Assembly (NCBI GenBank): GCA_950097015.1
Contig: CATNEN010000007.1
Coordinates: 3,286,001 to 3,350,000 of the forward strand
Direction of reading: 5' to 3'
Origin: Macrostomum hystrix
Taxonomy: Eukaryota; Animalia; Platyhelminthes
Length of the DNA: 64,000 bases
Numbering within the stretch: the stretch's first letter is position 1; the number at the start of each line of letters is the position of its first letter. The translations under genes were made by a program, and so were the position numbers. Below the pieces are notes generated by a model that ran no database searches, had not been told where the DNA came from, and worked only from the letters and a program-made list of their open reading frames with translations. Positions 12,805 through 26,600 of the stretch are shown here, piece after piece.

Positions 12805-15800
12805 GCTGGCTACCACTGGACCGCACTAGTGGGGCTGTCTTTCTGTGTTCTAAGATTCCCAGTGAAGCTGGAGGGTCCAGGCTGATCAACTAGTTCTGTC
12901 TTCCGACTCGCCGGACCGGTTTCAAATATCGACAGGAAAAAGCAGCAGACGAGCAATAAGGAGCAGAGAGTCAAATACGGAGGGAAATGAAATCCTCTCC
13001 CACTTTCTAAGCCTCCCAGGTGTACGCGGATCGCTAGCAATCAGGTACACGAATAGTGCAACCGAAAGCCGGCATGGAGGCGATGGTAAAAGGCATCGAT
13101 GGGGAGAGAGGCAAAATATGGGAAGAGTGGAAGCGACAGTAAGGAGGGAATGCTACAACCTTCGGCTCCAACCTTCCAATAATGGCCTCCTGCTTTCCCA
13201 AAAATCGGCACACCCCACAAGAGCTTGCAGGGGAGATCAGGACAGGGGATTGGGAGGGGGGCTGGGACGAATCTTCGACACCTGGCATTCAAGAATCCAG
13301 GGAGGAAGGGGCGGGGTAACGACGGACCAGCGGTGTAGAAAAGTGCAACTCGAATGCCGCGCAACAATCTTCGCCAGATCCCCACCCAGCATAGTCAGAT
13401 GTCTGCAACACATGATAAGGGATCGAAAAAAATTAGGACAGGAACTTTTAAGCCTGTTAAAATAACTGTATTTTCAATTGCTATCATTAAAGAATTTTAT
13501 TTTAAGACAATTACAGGCGAAAAGCTGCGAATATAAGCAACATATAGCATTCCTAGAGGAGTAAAAGATGAAATATCTTAGACATCTTGGCAAATTCAGA
13601 CTTCGATTAACAGTAGGACTGCCAAGCCCAATAGGATTCTTCCTATAACTAGAACTATAGGCTTATATAGATAAGCATCACAGGGGGAATTCCCGCGCGC
13701 AGAATTTTTTGCAGCGCCTGAATGCTAACAGCGTTGGGTGGTGTCTGATTGGTTGACAGACTAGGCTATGGTGCACTGTAGTTAAGCTGCGCCTTATAGT
13801 TAGGCTTGATCAGCGAAATTGGAGAAATTCGCGTCATTAGTGGCCTATTTCCACCTGTTGTAGCCCTTGAAGGTTCAGCAAGGCCGTCTAGATAAAGGGT
13901 AGGTGACCACAGAAGACGTAGATGGTGCAGGCACATTCAGGTGACATGCTGATAAATTTTGAAGGCCTGACAAGGCCGCACTGAGGCCTCGTGTATAGGG
14001 GCGTATGAAATACACTAGCGCTTATGGGAATAATCCGACCTTCGGCCAGAACCATTAAATATCTAGACGGTCTGAAAAGCTGGCGACTTGATTCTTGTTT
14101 CAGAAGATGCGCAAAAAAGTTAGATCGCATTCTTGAGTTTCGTGTGCTTGGATTTCTCTGTTCGTGTGCAGCACAAAAAATGGTCGGAGTCGGCATTTCC
14201 TCCCCTCGGTAGTTCTACTGTTAAAAGTAATGAGTAAATATAACTTTAATTGCACAGTGTCAGCTAAGTAATCGTCAGCTAAGTAATACTAGACTAATTG
14301 CACTGTATATTAAGTGTTTGTAAAGTGAGCAAGACAACTTCTGCATACAGCCGTTTCTTCATGCCCATGGGGGTGGGGATAAATAGGAAAATGCCCAAGA
14401 TCAGTCATAAACATGATCAAGAAAAGGTATGTGAGCTAGTCATAACAGTGATTGATACTATATGCTAAATTAGTTAGAACCTGAATGACTTAAGTCTGAA
14501 TTTGGTTAATAGCTTTAATTATTATCTGGTAAATAGCTAGTTTAGATAAGCTTAATAGTGAGAGGTTTCAGCAATCGTGCTGATTTGTGTTTTGAATACG
14601 ATGGGGTCAAATTAAAAAAATTTTGTATGACAATAAAATTTTAGCAGTGGGATGTCAGTTTTAGCCATTGAGTTTGAACTGAAGGACTACACAAGCTTTA
14701 TTAGGGCTCTATAGCTATTGCAACTAGAATTTATTCAAAATGTATAACTAATGATTGATTATTCATCTGGTTAACCGGTTAACCACCCAAGGACTTAATT
14801 TCTCCCCCTTTCAACAAGCAGGAGCAACAATCCTCCCAAAGACCACTCTTGCCCTGCTGAGAGCCATCTTGAGTCTTGACCTCACAAAGACCAAACTATA
14901 CCCTTGAACTAAGTTAGTCCCTGAAACAACCGAATTTCTGGAAAAGGTTTTAATTTTTTTAATTAGCTGATAAGCGAAAATAATTTGAGATACAAACTTC
15001 AAATCTGAATGACTGTCCTTTTGCAGCTTGTTAATTATTTGATCTTACAAATGATAGAGGTTCTCGTGGTAGTGCTACAACCCCTTATAACTTAGTTATA
15101 AGTTATAACTCGGTTAACTGGACGAATAATCAAATGGCTAATAATGTTCAAATAACAACTGCCATTTTTTAAACTTACAAGTAAATATTAAAAGGCAACC
15201 AGCAAAGTAAAATAACAAAGTTCTCTATATTTGATCACTCAAAAAGGGTTAATCACTCTGAACTATTATTAATTAATTTTAGAGTACATTCTACAATATG
15301 TTCAAACTTCAAACTGGGTACTAGTACTAGTATTAGTAGTACAAGTAGCAATGTGTGACCCAGAAGAAACATGTCAAAACCTAGCAGCTAAAGACATCTA
15401 TAAAAGCATTCATCAAGGTAGGCCTTGTTTTGAAAAAAAGCTGTCAGATATTTCTGTCTCAGAAATTTTACTAATCAAGAGACTACGAACCTTGAAGTTT
15501 ACATCATATACAGCATGTTTTTTTAATTGGAAGCAAGTACCTACATAAAAATTGCAAAATTCCTTATTATATGCAGAACTAATATACTATCTATATGCAT
15601 TTTAAAGTAAAATATCAATTATATTCAATAATTTGAAACTAAAAAACGTAATGCTTGCTATGCGAAGTAACACTTAGCTACACTTTTGTGAATGATATTT
15701 TGCAATATTAGATTTTTCACTATCCTACATGGTGTATTGTGAGCTTTTTAGTTAAAATAGGGCCTATGGCTTTTTTATCATGGTCATGCATCGTAACAGT

Positions 15801-17370
15801 AGACTACGATTGATAAGTGTAGATGATATTACACTTGTTTGACCCTACAGGTATGGCCTACATGTGATATGGTATGTTTTATTCATTACGACATGTAAGG
15901 CAATGATAACTAAAACATAAGCGCCTTCAATCATCGTTTAAACCGAAAAATATCTTTTCGATACAAATCAACAGCAAAAAAATTTTTGAACTAAGTAAAG
16001 ATTCGTTACAAAAAAAACAAGTGCATTTATTGTGTGCAAAAAGGGAACTTCTTTGTGTAAGTTCTAGGAAAGTGAAAAGTTAAATTTTTTACAAGTGGTA
16101 ATAAAGTCAAACAACAATTCATCTCAGAAAGCTTCGCGTGATACTCAAGTTTTCTGAAAAAGAGAATTTATTTATAAGGTTATATTGGTTATTAAAGTTA
16201 TTTCGCAAATTTATGAAATTATAATCATTATCATTATTATCAGTTATGACTATGAGCACCTTTGAAAAGGTGGCACAAATAAATGCTGGCCGTCATCCAC
16301 AATGCCAGAAGTCAACCGTCACCCAGACAATATCTTTATGCAATGGTTTACATGATAAATGGACAGGAGTCAGAGAAATGTGATTATCGGGGAGGGCAGT
16401 TTCAGTGCGGTATAAACATTTTGTTTCTGGGAAAGGTATATTGTTTGTATAATATGGAAAAGGCGTTGATACACATAAAACAACACACTTTGTTGGCATG
16501 GATGTGATCCAAACGTGCATTTCTATAAAACGGCAATAATATTAGCTGGGAATCAGTTTATGTTTATATATGTTTACTATGCATCACGCGTAGCAGAAAA
16601 TGCCAAGTACTTTTAAGGCACGCATCCTATTTTAACTTTCACGTAATATATGGGAATTCAGACGTTGAGTTTTGGCATAAGCCTGTGTATTTGTTTATGT
16701 CATTGTTGCATCGTACAGGCTATCAGATTTACTATCATATAACTATGCGAATCGAATGTTGCTCAATCTATTTTTAAGAAGTGGAATTATTGTTTCTTAT
16801 CAGATACACATATATACTTGCTTGGTTTGGAAAGCTTTCACAGAACACTTCAGCTAATTTTGAAGGTGAACAGTGTTAAGATTGAAGGTTATTCCTTATT
16901 ATTAGCCTGTTAGCTCGAATAATACTCGTAATTGCTGCGTGGGACCAAAAGTGAAATCTATATACTTATTTAAACTTGCGCATTAAAGCAAAGAACCTAC
17001 GACTTCACCTTGCTCTGCTAAGAGACCTAGAGTGAATCAAATGTGACCGCCTTTCTCAAAGGCAAAAATGGGAAGGCAAGACCCAAATAACCTCTACACG
17101 TACACAAGTGGATGCAGTCAGTGTACAGTAATCTGAATGTACGCAGGCCTGGTTTGTGAAGCACAGGAGAGGGAGAGGCGAGAAGGGAGTGAATGTACAT
17201 TAATCAAAACTACTTCTATCGCTCGCTCTAACCCTTCCATTGGCAAACACAGCGCATAGGCTAGGCTATATAGTTATGGGGGCAGTTTAACAACAGACTG
17301 TCTAGGAAGAGTCGGTCATAAGTTTATTCAGACTCTTGAGTTCCGTCAATAACAACAAGCTAGCTAGCCA

Positions 17371-19083
17371 ATGCCAGACTATTTGTCATGTGGCGCCTGT
17401 CACGCCGAATTTGAAGTAGTGGACTTCTACCTTTTCCTGAATCACAAGTTATCCAGCTGTAATGTGAATTATCCGAAAAACGGGTCCAATCGACTCTCCG
17501 GCGTTGACTCGGTGCTAGAGTGCTCTAAGTGCCTGCGCAAGTGTCGCACCCCGTGGGCCCTGCTGCAGCACCTGCAGACTGAGCACTGCCTATCATTGGC
17601 TCGCACTCTTCTCTTGCCAACTAACGGGCCGCCGGCTCCATTCCTGCTCGGCGGGCGTCAGCGCTCACTGGTGGATGAAAACAACATGACCGAGGCCTGC
17701 ACCCAGACCACCCGGTCATGCCTCAAGCGGCAGGTCTGCCCGTATGAGGAGGGCCTACCCGACGACTGCTGCCTGAAGGCCAGCAAGGAGCAGCGTGCCT
17801 CAGACAGCGGCTGCTGCTGCATGGACAGCTTCGGCTCCGATGGCCGCGGAGGCGGCGGCTGCAGCGGTGCCTGCAGCGGCGGCGGCGCCGGCGGCGATGG
17901 CAAGGCTGCCAAGCGTCAGTCCGACTGCTGCCTGGCTGTGCCTAAGAAGAGGCGCCTTTTAACAGCAGCCGCTGCTGATGGCAGCGTTGAAGGCGAAAGA
18001 CCCGACCCGCAAGCGACAACAAAGTCGCCACCGAATGCCACTGCCGCAGTCGATTCCTCTGACATCCCCGACGGTTGCTGCGGTCTCCAGCCAGACTGCG
18101 TTCTGCTCCGACCTCCGGTAGAAAAGCGAAGCGCTGAGTGCCAGACGGACTTTGTCGTATCGCTGCTCGACGATCTAGACGTCGATATGTTGCTTGAAGA
18201 CGCCGGGGTCGATGTTCCTACTTCGCTAGTAAGCCAAATCGATGGCGAGTGCGGCGGCGCGAGCATCGCCTCCATAAACTCGTCGTCTTCCACTATGGAC
18301 CAATTGTCCACTTCGCTGAGCTCTATGCATCGACTGGCTCCCGCGCCGTCCAAGGCAATCCAGACCGTCAGCAGAATCGCTTCGCAGCAACATCTGCTGG
18401 CACAGCCTCCGCCGGCACCGGCGCAGCAGCAGCAAGTCGTCCTTGCCGATTTCTACTCCGCGGACGCCCTGCGCTATCAGCAAAGTGCCGAGGAGGAGCT
18501 AACATCGCGGCTCCAACAGCGCCAGCATCTGCAGCCGTCTGCAGCCACAGCGTCAGTCAGCATGTCTGTGACACCTGTGATTTTTAACGTTACCGGCAGC
18601 AGTGTGGACCTGTGCTCTCAGCCATCTAGACAGCAGGCGTCGACTTCCTACAGCCAGTCTCAACTGTCGGCTTTCGACTCTCGTTCATCAGCATCCGCCA
18701 AAGAGCTTCGCTTTAAGTGCAACCTTTGCCCGCGCACCTTCCGACAGAACATTCACCTGCGCAAGCACATCATGTCCCAGCACAGTCACTCGAAGCCGCA
18801 CAAATGCCCCAGCTGTGATTACACAACGGTAGAGAAGAGTCACCTGACGGTGCACATCCGCAAACACACCGGTGAGCGACCCTTCAGCTGCCGTGTCTGC
18901 GACTATTCCACCGCCCAGAACTGCACCCTGAAGGCGCACTACCTGCGCAAGCATCCTGGCAACATTGTGCACTGCGCTAAGTGCAATCTGGAATTTGTCA
19001 CCGAGCATGAGAGGGACAAGCACGAGCGCGGCTGCAGCCTGGACCTGCTGGCAGTGCAACCCGCTGCTGGCACCGTCGGTTAG
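17371..19083 (+). CDS. Intronless zinc-finger transcription factor, 570 aa: N-terminal BCL11-type CCHC finger, one isolated C2H2 finger, C-terminal array of three C2H2 fingers plus a C2HC-like finger
   Basis: Single ORF. PDYLSCGACHAEFEVVDFYLFLNHKLSSC resembles the BCL11 N-terminal CCHC motif. LECSKCLRKCRTPWALLQHLQTEH resembles the BCL11 first C2H2 finger. C-terminus FKCNLC..HIMSQH, HKCPSC..HIRKH-TGERP-FSCRVC..HYLRKH has the canonical linker. PKKRR is a putative NLS. Confidence 0.9.
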   Translation: MPDYLSCGACHAEFEVVDFYLFLNHKLSSCNVNYPKNGSNRLSGVDSVLECSKCLRKCRTPWALLQHLQTEHCLSLARTLLLPTNGPPAPFLLGGRQRSLVDENNMTEACTQTTRSCLKRQVCPYEEGLPDDCCLKASKEQRASDSGCCCMDSFGSDGRGGGGCSGACSGGGAGGDGKAAKRQSDCCLAVPKKRRLLTAAAADGSVEGERPDPQATTKSPPNATAAVDSSDIPDGCCGLQPDCVLLRPPVEKRSAECQTDFVVSLLDDLDVDMLLEDAGVDVPTSLVSQIDGECGGASIASINSSSSTMDQLSTSLSSMHRLAPAPSKAIQTVSRIASQQHLLAQPPPAPAQQQQVVLADFYSADALRYQQSAEEELTSRLQQRQHLQPSAATASVSMSVTPVIFNVTGSSVDLCSQPSRQQASTSYSQSQLSAFDSRSSASAKELRFKCNLCPRTFRQNIHLRKHIMSQHSHSKPHKCPSCDYTTVEKSHLTVHIRKHTGERPFSCRVCDYSTAQNCTLKAHYLRKHPGNIVHCAKCNLEFVTEHERDKHERGCSLDLLAVQPAAGTVG

Positions 19084-21232
19084 CTGGGCGGCTCTGATGC
19101 TTACAGAGTTGGAGAGACCACACAGTTTGTATAGATCTGTATGTAGAAATGCCAATATGGCCATGATTTACTAGTACAGTCACCATCATTCAAGCTCCCC
19201 TCGCCATTTCATCCTGTACAAGTTGCTTAAGTGCTATTCAGTTCATTTGTTTTGAGTCCCTTGAATTATAATTCCCATTGCTAATCACGTCGCTAATCAA
19301 CGTTGCTAATCACGGTACCGTGGAAAAAAGTATATTTCAACTCAAAGTCTTAGAGTTAAAATCTGCTTCCAATAAATAGTGACATAAATAAATGTCCCAT
19401 CACGTGACCCCGGCTAGCGTTCCTAAAGTTCATCATTTGATTTTAAGTTGAGGTGCGATATAAGACTTGGCAACAGTCAAAACTACCACCCTACTGGCGC
19501 CAAGAGTCGGTTTTGACTGTAGCGGACTGACAATAAATCTACAATTTGTATTTACATTTAGATACATTTACTTGAATACATTTAGTTCTTTCTTGTCTGT
19601 GCCATTCAAAGTTATCCAAACTTTCGTGCTTTGCATATTAATGTAGCCAGACATTATAGAAAACGTAAAATCCTAATGTTATTCAAGAAGTTGCATACAG
19701 CGAGCTCAGTTTTCTTCCTAATTGTATCCTTAGACTTCAGGCCATGTACATATATTAGTACACATTAAAAAAAACTATTTTTGTACTCGTACACTTGTTA
19801 AGTATGCAGCATAAATTTTTATTTTGCCTTCTTTTTTTTTCACGTTCTTAACTGCGATTCGCGATATCTGCAGCATTCTTCTAAATTAAGGTAAATAACT
19901 TTGCGAGCTTACTATATACAGCTTTCTAAGTACGAGTAGTTGTAAAAGTTCAAACATACTGCGTTTGCCTAAATGTATAGAGCTAATAAAGAATAGCTCA
20001 CTTGTTCAGTCATTTTAATCAGTAAAGATAGTAGTTTGTGAAACTAAGATGGCAATCGTCATATGTAAATTAGATAGAGTTCATGATTTGATGATTGTTT
20101 TAAATGATAACTTTCTGTCGTGATTTTGATGGAGGTCTGAACACAAATCTTAATGCACGGCACCTGCACATCTGCATGCACGCGTGGATTGGGGGTAGAG
20201 GGGTCGCCCCAAAAAGAAGCAATAAAGTCAGGGGTTAAGGAAATAAATATAAACTTTTTGAAGAGCCAGCCTTTCCTTTTTATGGGACCATGAAATGCAA
20301 CGAATATCCAGTATACATATGATGGCTTGGCAGAGGCTACTTCAAAACAACAAAATCATCAAGCAAACTATATGAAAATATAGGACAGACCTACGTAATT
20401 TAAGGCATCTAAACAGTGGAAAGAATATTCTGAATCAAGCGCAAAAATCTTTGTTTTATAGGCCTAGCATCCACAAATAAAAAACGGCCTTTCTTGGAAA
20501 CATACCCCCTTTTTTACTCATTGAATAATGTAGCATTAAGTTTTCCATGACTGCACCAAATTTTGCATTGACATGGTGCCCTATAATACCGTCTCAAATA
20601 CTTTTTTAACATGCATTGCATCTTAGTTGTCACATTTTCTGTTTCTGTTTGTTTTGCGCTTGTCTTCTTTTAATATAACTATAATATACTGTCCAAAACC
20701 TTTTAATCTTTACTACTACTAGCACACTATAACTGATTATGGGTTCATCAAATAGTCACTATTTGAAATGCAGCGATCAGGATCTCTTGCTACAGCTAGC
20801 AAAATGCTTTACAAACAATGGTAATTATTTTTTCTTTTGTTTTTTAAAAATAATCATGATTCATTGCAAAGATAAATTGTTGCAGCCAGGTTCAGGGTAT
20901 TATTTAGCACTAATATGTCTAAATATAGCAAGACTTTTTATGTGTTTTCGTTAATAAATCTTAATATTTGGTATGAATATCAACGTGAATTATTTTGACT
21001 TTGAACTTTAACTGATTAAGGTGAATTATATGATTAAGCTTTAACAGCAATGTTCTACTTCCGTTCGTTAGGCCTATATTATTTTTTCATTTGTATTTCT
21101 GCCACATGTGGATTCTGAGTTTGAAAAAGTTGTGCTGACGTGGCTTTGCCGTGACTTGACACTTGGATCTATGTCTATGGCAAAATCTGGCAAATATAGG
21201 GGAACAGGAAGCTAAAGCACATAAATTCTGCA

Positions 21233-21388
21233 GCTGAAGATTTCACGAAGGCCAAGCTACGTCAAATGCATGGCACAAGTGCTGCTCTATTCGAAAGCCA
21301 CCTTGAAGAATTCTTATGGTGCCATCTATGCCCCAAGAATAGCTTTGGTGCCCTCCTCTACTGGATTAGGCACTATTACCCGGTTTGA
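21233..21388 (+). pseudogene. Probable Merlin/IS1595 (ISXO2-like) transposase C-terminal fragment
   Basis: Hand translation AEDFTKAKLRQMHGTSAALFESHLEEFLWCHLCPKNSFGALLYWIRHYYPV* fits the recalled Merlin C-terminal pattern K..L..M.GTS...F.SYL.EF.WR....F..LL..I...YP. No DDE core or TIRs found. Confidence 0.45.
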
Positions 21389-23683
21389 AAGAAGAAAGAA
21401 TGACCAAGACGTTTCAGAACTGTGTGACCAAACTACTGACTTTTTGTTACCGTTAAACTAGTTTTTTTGTAGTTATCTGTTGTTTGCAAACAAAAAATAA
21501 TATAACAAATGGAAGTAGAACATTGCTGCTTTAACATTATCAAGCTTAATCATGTAAAATGCTTAAAGTTTTCCAATAAATTTAAAATTCAGACACCATA
21601 TTTTAGTGGATCTACAAGTAACTGTTGTCATCAACACACTGCTTTTTGCAACTCCCCTTTATCATTTTTAATTTTATGTTGTCATTCTGATGTTTTTACA
21701 GAAAATGTATACTAGCTTTTGTGATTTTACCTATGTGTGTTATTTTATAATAAAAATATAAAGTCTAGTAGGCCTAAATAGAAATTTGCAATGAAATTAG
21801 TTAATTCACTTGATTGAATTTGAATTAAATTTATTTTGGAAAATTCTCCATAGTCTATATTCCATAGTCTGGATCATGCTGGGTGCACACCGGAATGAAG
21901 AAGGGAAAATTTTCATTTACATGCAGATGCACGCTAAAAAGTGGTTTTGCACGCTGATGTAGGCCTACACTAAGAATTTTTACTATAAATTTCTAGATAG
22001 TGGCTATTTGTATGGTAGTCCATCCCATTGGTCAATGTAAGTTGCATGGCATTTAAAAAAAGTTAACCAGAGTATTCATGTAAAAGTTGGGTTCTAAATA
22101 AGAGTTTAAATATTCTTTGGATAGTTTAAAAGAGTTAAGTTTAAAGACTTAGACTACAATGTCTATCCAGACAATGCACTATTGTTAATTAGTCACAAAT
22201 AAATGATGATTACAATGCAATGCAATCAAGAAGCTAAAACTAAATGACTCTTGACAAAGAACATTTAAAAAGGAAAACAGAAAGCAAAAGGAAGCAAGTT
22301 GCATTGCACATTATGATTGATGATATTGATTAGCAAGGCAAGACTGAAAGCACTCATTTTTTAGTTCAAATTTTGCTCTCATTCAAGGCAATATATTTTA
22401 TATTGAAATGAAACTACTGTCCAATATTTTTGAGACAATTGGGCTCTTAGAAGCTCGTGAAGAAATATATATATATTTTTAAATTCTGAACTTTGTTTGA
22501 ATGTTTGTTTGTAGTTTGTTTGAAGCTGCACATGTTTTAAAAGTTTTGAATCACTTTTAGATGAGAATGAAAGAATGTGGAAATTTCAGCTTTAGCACTT
22601 AGAGAGGCTTGTTAGACTTTAGTCAACGAGTTTTTTTATTTCAATTTATTTTCTATATATTTTTTGCCACTCTGACATTCTCCCATGTGCTACTGCATGC
22701 GGACATGGACATGAGGCAAACATAAATGCGAAGCACCTTTTTGCACTCGGAGTATGCCAATTGGAAGCTTGTGCATACTGAGTCCATGCTGATATATACC
22801 AACTGCACAAATGTATGCCAGAAATTTCCGGCATAAACTACATGATTAGAACTATGGTCTATATTAGGCTAAAGTAAACATAGTTTGTGTTATGTTTTTG
22901 TATTTTTAACTTTATAAAAAAGTATATAAAATTTTGACATAAGAAATTGTTATATGAAAAATATGCAACTATTTATTTTGAAGAACACTTATAATTAGAT
23001 CCCAATGCCTCTATGAAACATTAATGTAGTTTAATATTTTTTAATTAAACTAATTTTACTGAAGCTCTTGTTCCCCATGTTTTACTTATGTTGGTATTCC
23101 CATATTTTGGGGTACCCAAAGAAAGCCCTAGGCTTGCCCTATAAAAATCAGACTAATATTTAATACATTCCCATACCTCTATTGAAAGTTTACTCTTATT
23201 TATTATTCTCTTAGGTATAATTTACCTCACCCAAAGTCCCTGATTCACCATGCCTTGCTAGGTGTGGTCATTCTGTTTGGGAAGCCATTTCATTGAAAGT
23301 GGTTGTAGATAGAACAGGTTTCTTTTTTATCTGCCTCTTTCAAACCCTTAGAGACATGGATTTATAAAACTAATAGAATCAGAACTTTTTTATACAAATA
23401 AAGTTCTTGAAGCACCACATTGTTTCATTTTTCAATGCAGGCTAAAATGATCTATAAGTACAACATCTGTTGGTTATCATAAAGACATTTATTTAGCAAA
23501 TTGTATATGTATTCTGTCTTGCAAAATATCTATACTAAAAATCGCATATTTCTAACAAAAATCAAAAGTATGAAATCCAATGTTAAAAAAATATGTTGTA
23601 TAATAATCACCTCAATTAGATGTGCCAATGGCTAGTTTATTCAAATTATTATTGTGGATATGTAAACTTTTCTATTCAACCAG

Positions 23684-26600
23684 CTCCTGCACTCGGCACA
23701 TCAAGCTGCTTGGTCTTGGACACCCCTGTCTGCGCGCACATTCTGCGGTGCCTGCCACATCATTTCGCAGACAGTAGCAATCAAGGGGCCGAATATGCCC
23801 CAGTGTCGTTTAGCGGCGTTGAGTACGCCAGAGTTGTGGAGGTCGCCATTGGAAAGGCCGAGAACTTGGAGGTTTGATTTGTTTATTGCTTGTTTGCATG
23901 AGAATAGCTGAAATGTCAATCAAATTTCCACTGAGAGTAAGCAATAGTGCATTAGTGTCACACTATAAAGTCGAGTAGCGTTTCTCGGAAATTAAAGGAT
24001 ATTGTACCGAGGCAAATATGATTGTAGCGAGCTGCAGGGAATTGTAGGGAACTGAAAGAGATTGTAGGGAACTGAAAGCGATTGTAGGGAACTGAAAGCG
24101 ATGGTAGGGAACTGAAAGAGATTGTAGGGAACTGAAAGCGATTGTAGGGAACTGAAAGCGATGGTAGGGAACTGAAAGCGATTGTAGGGAACTGAAAAGG
24201 AATGTAGGGAACTGAAAGCGATTGTAGGGAACTGAAAGCGATTGTAGGGAACTGAAAGCGATTGTAGGGAACTGAAAAGGAGTGTAGGGAACTGAAAGCG
24301 ATTGTAGGGAACTGAAAGCGATTGTAGGGAACTGAAAGCGATTGTAGGGAACTGAAAGCGATTGTAGGGAACTGAAAGCGATTGTAGGGAACTGAAAGAG
24401 ATTGTAGGGAACTGAAAAGGAGTGTAGGGAACTGAAAGCGATTGTAGGAAACTGAAAGCGATTGTAGGGAGCTGAACACGATTGTAGGGAACTGAAAGCG
24501 ATTGTAGGGAACTGAAAAGGAGTGTAGGGAACTGAAAGCGATGGTAGGGAACTGAAAGCGATTGTAGGGAACTGAAAAGGAGTGTAGGGAACTGAAAGCG
24601 ATTGTAGGGAACTGAAAGCGATTGTAGGGAGCTGAAAGCGATTGTAGGGAACTGAAAAGGAGTGTAGGGAACTGAAAGTGATTGTAGGGAACTGAAAGCG
24701 ATTGTAGGGAACTGAACACGATTGTAGGGAACTGAAAGCGATTGTAGGGAACTGAACACGATTGTAGGGAACTGAAAGCGATTGTAGGGAACTGAAAGCG
24801 ATTGTAGGGAACTGAAAGAGATTGTAGGGAACTGAAAGCGATTGTAGGAAACTGAAAGCGATTGTAGGGAACTGAAAGCGATTGTAGGGAACTGAAAGAG
24901 ATTGTAGGGAACTGAAAGCGATTGTAGGAAACTGAAAGCGATTGTAGGGAACTGAAAGAGATTGTAGGGAACTGAAAGCGATTGTAGGAAACTGAAAGCG
25001 ATTGTAGGAAACTGAAAGCGATTGTAGGGAACTGAAAGAGATTGTAGGGAACTGAAAGCGAATGTAGGGAACTGAAAGCGATTGTAGGGAACTGAAAGCG
25101 ATTGTAGGGAACTTAAAGCGATTGTAGGGAACTGAAAAGGAGTGTAGGGAACTGAAAGCGATTGTAGGGAACTGAAAGCGATTGTAGGGAACTGAAAGCG
25201 ATTGTAGGGAACTGAAAGCGATTGTAGGGAACTGAAAGCGATTGTAGGGAACTGAAAGAGATTGTAGGGAACTGAAAAGGAGTGTAGGGAACTGAAAGCG
25301 ATTGTAGGAAACTGAAAGCGATTGTAGGGAGCTGAACACGATTGTAGGGAACTGAAAGCGATTGTAGGGAACTGAAAAGGAGTGTAGGGAACTGAAAGCG
25401 ATGGTAGGGAACTGAAAGCGATTGTAGGGAACTGAAAAGGAGTGTAGGGAACTGAAAGCGATTGTAGGGAACTGAAAGCGATTGTAGGGAGCTGAAAGCG
25501 ATTGTAGGGAACTGAAAAGGAGTGTAGGGAACTGAAAGTGATTGTAGGGAACTGAAAGCGATTGTAGGGAACTGAACACGATTGTAGGGAACTGAAAGCG
25601 ATTGTAGGGAACTGAACACGATTGTAGGGAACTGAAAGCGATTGTAGGGAACTGAAAGCGATTGTAGGGAACTGAAAGAGATTGTAGGGAACTGAAAGCG
25701 ATTGTAGGAAACTGAAAGCGATTGTAGGGAACTGAAAGCGATTGTAGGGAACTGAAAGAGATTGTAGGGAACTGAAAGCGATTGTAGGAAACTGAAAGCG
25801 ATTGTAGGGAACTGAAAGAGATTGTAGGGAACTGAAAGCGATTGTAGGAAACTGAAAGCGATTGTAGGAAACTGAAAGCGATTGTAGGGAACTGAAAGAG
25901 ATTGTAGGGAACTGAAAGCGATTGTAGGAAACTGAAAGCGATTGTAGGAAACTGAAAGCGATTGTAGGGAACTGCAGGTAATTGAAAATGTTTGTAATAT
26001 AAAGGTGGTGGTTGTTAGCGACTGGTAGTAATGCTTCTACGCCCAATTTTCCCTCAGTTGGTTCACAACGACGCCACCATCGAAGGCCAGTTGGATCTCT
26101 CTCGGTTTCACTCTCTGCTTCGATTGCGCTTAAAATCGGTGCCGATGCACCTGCTGTTCAATCTGAGCGAGCGCCGGGACACCTTGGCCATCCTTGATGT
26201 TGACTCGTGCACAGCCAGCCTCATGGTCAGTCGGCTGCACATTTTTTATTATTGTTCGTTCATTGTTCGCACCTTGCTACTAAAAGTAAGCGAGAAGCAT
26301 TTTATTTTCCGTTTCCATCCGCAGTCTGTCATTGAGCTGTGCGCCGGGGATCGAACCTCGGGCGCCAACTGGCCCTGTCTGAAGCATCTGCGCTTCTCTG
26401 GCTGCCGGCTGCGGCACTTGGACCTGTCAGTGGTGAGTGGGGATCTGTTGATCTGTTGTGGACATTCTAGTTGCCATGGAAACTCATATCATTGTCGAAA
26501 AAATCGTGATTCTATTAACTTTGTTTATTGTTTCAGAGATATCTAGTGGCTCTAACACACTTGGATCTGAGCTACAACCAGCTGGTTCGGGTGGACGAAC

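Noticed and set aside
13888-16520. Short ORFs in the AT-rich region between supervillin and the zinc-finger gene
   Set aside because: No motifs, splice support or coding-like composition.
19473-19521. Short inverted repeat ACAGTCAAAAC..GTTTTGACTGT as a MITE
   Set aside because: Only about 11 bp of pairing, no matching TA duplication on both sides, and no second copy in the window.
23958-26046. Long ORFs (253-684 aa, FQFPTIAFSSLQSLSVPYNR repeats)
   Set aside because: Stop-free reading of the 20-bp satellite in all three minus frames, antisense within an intron.
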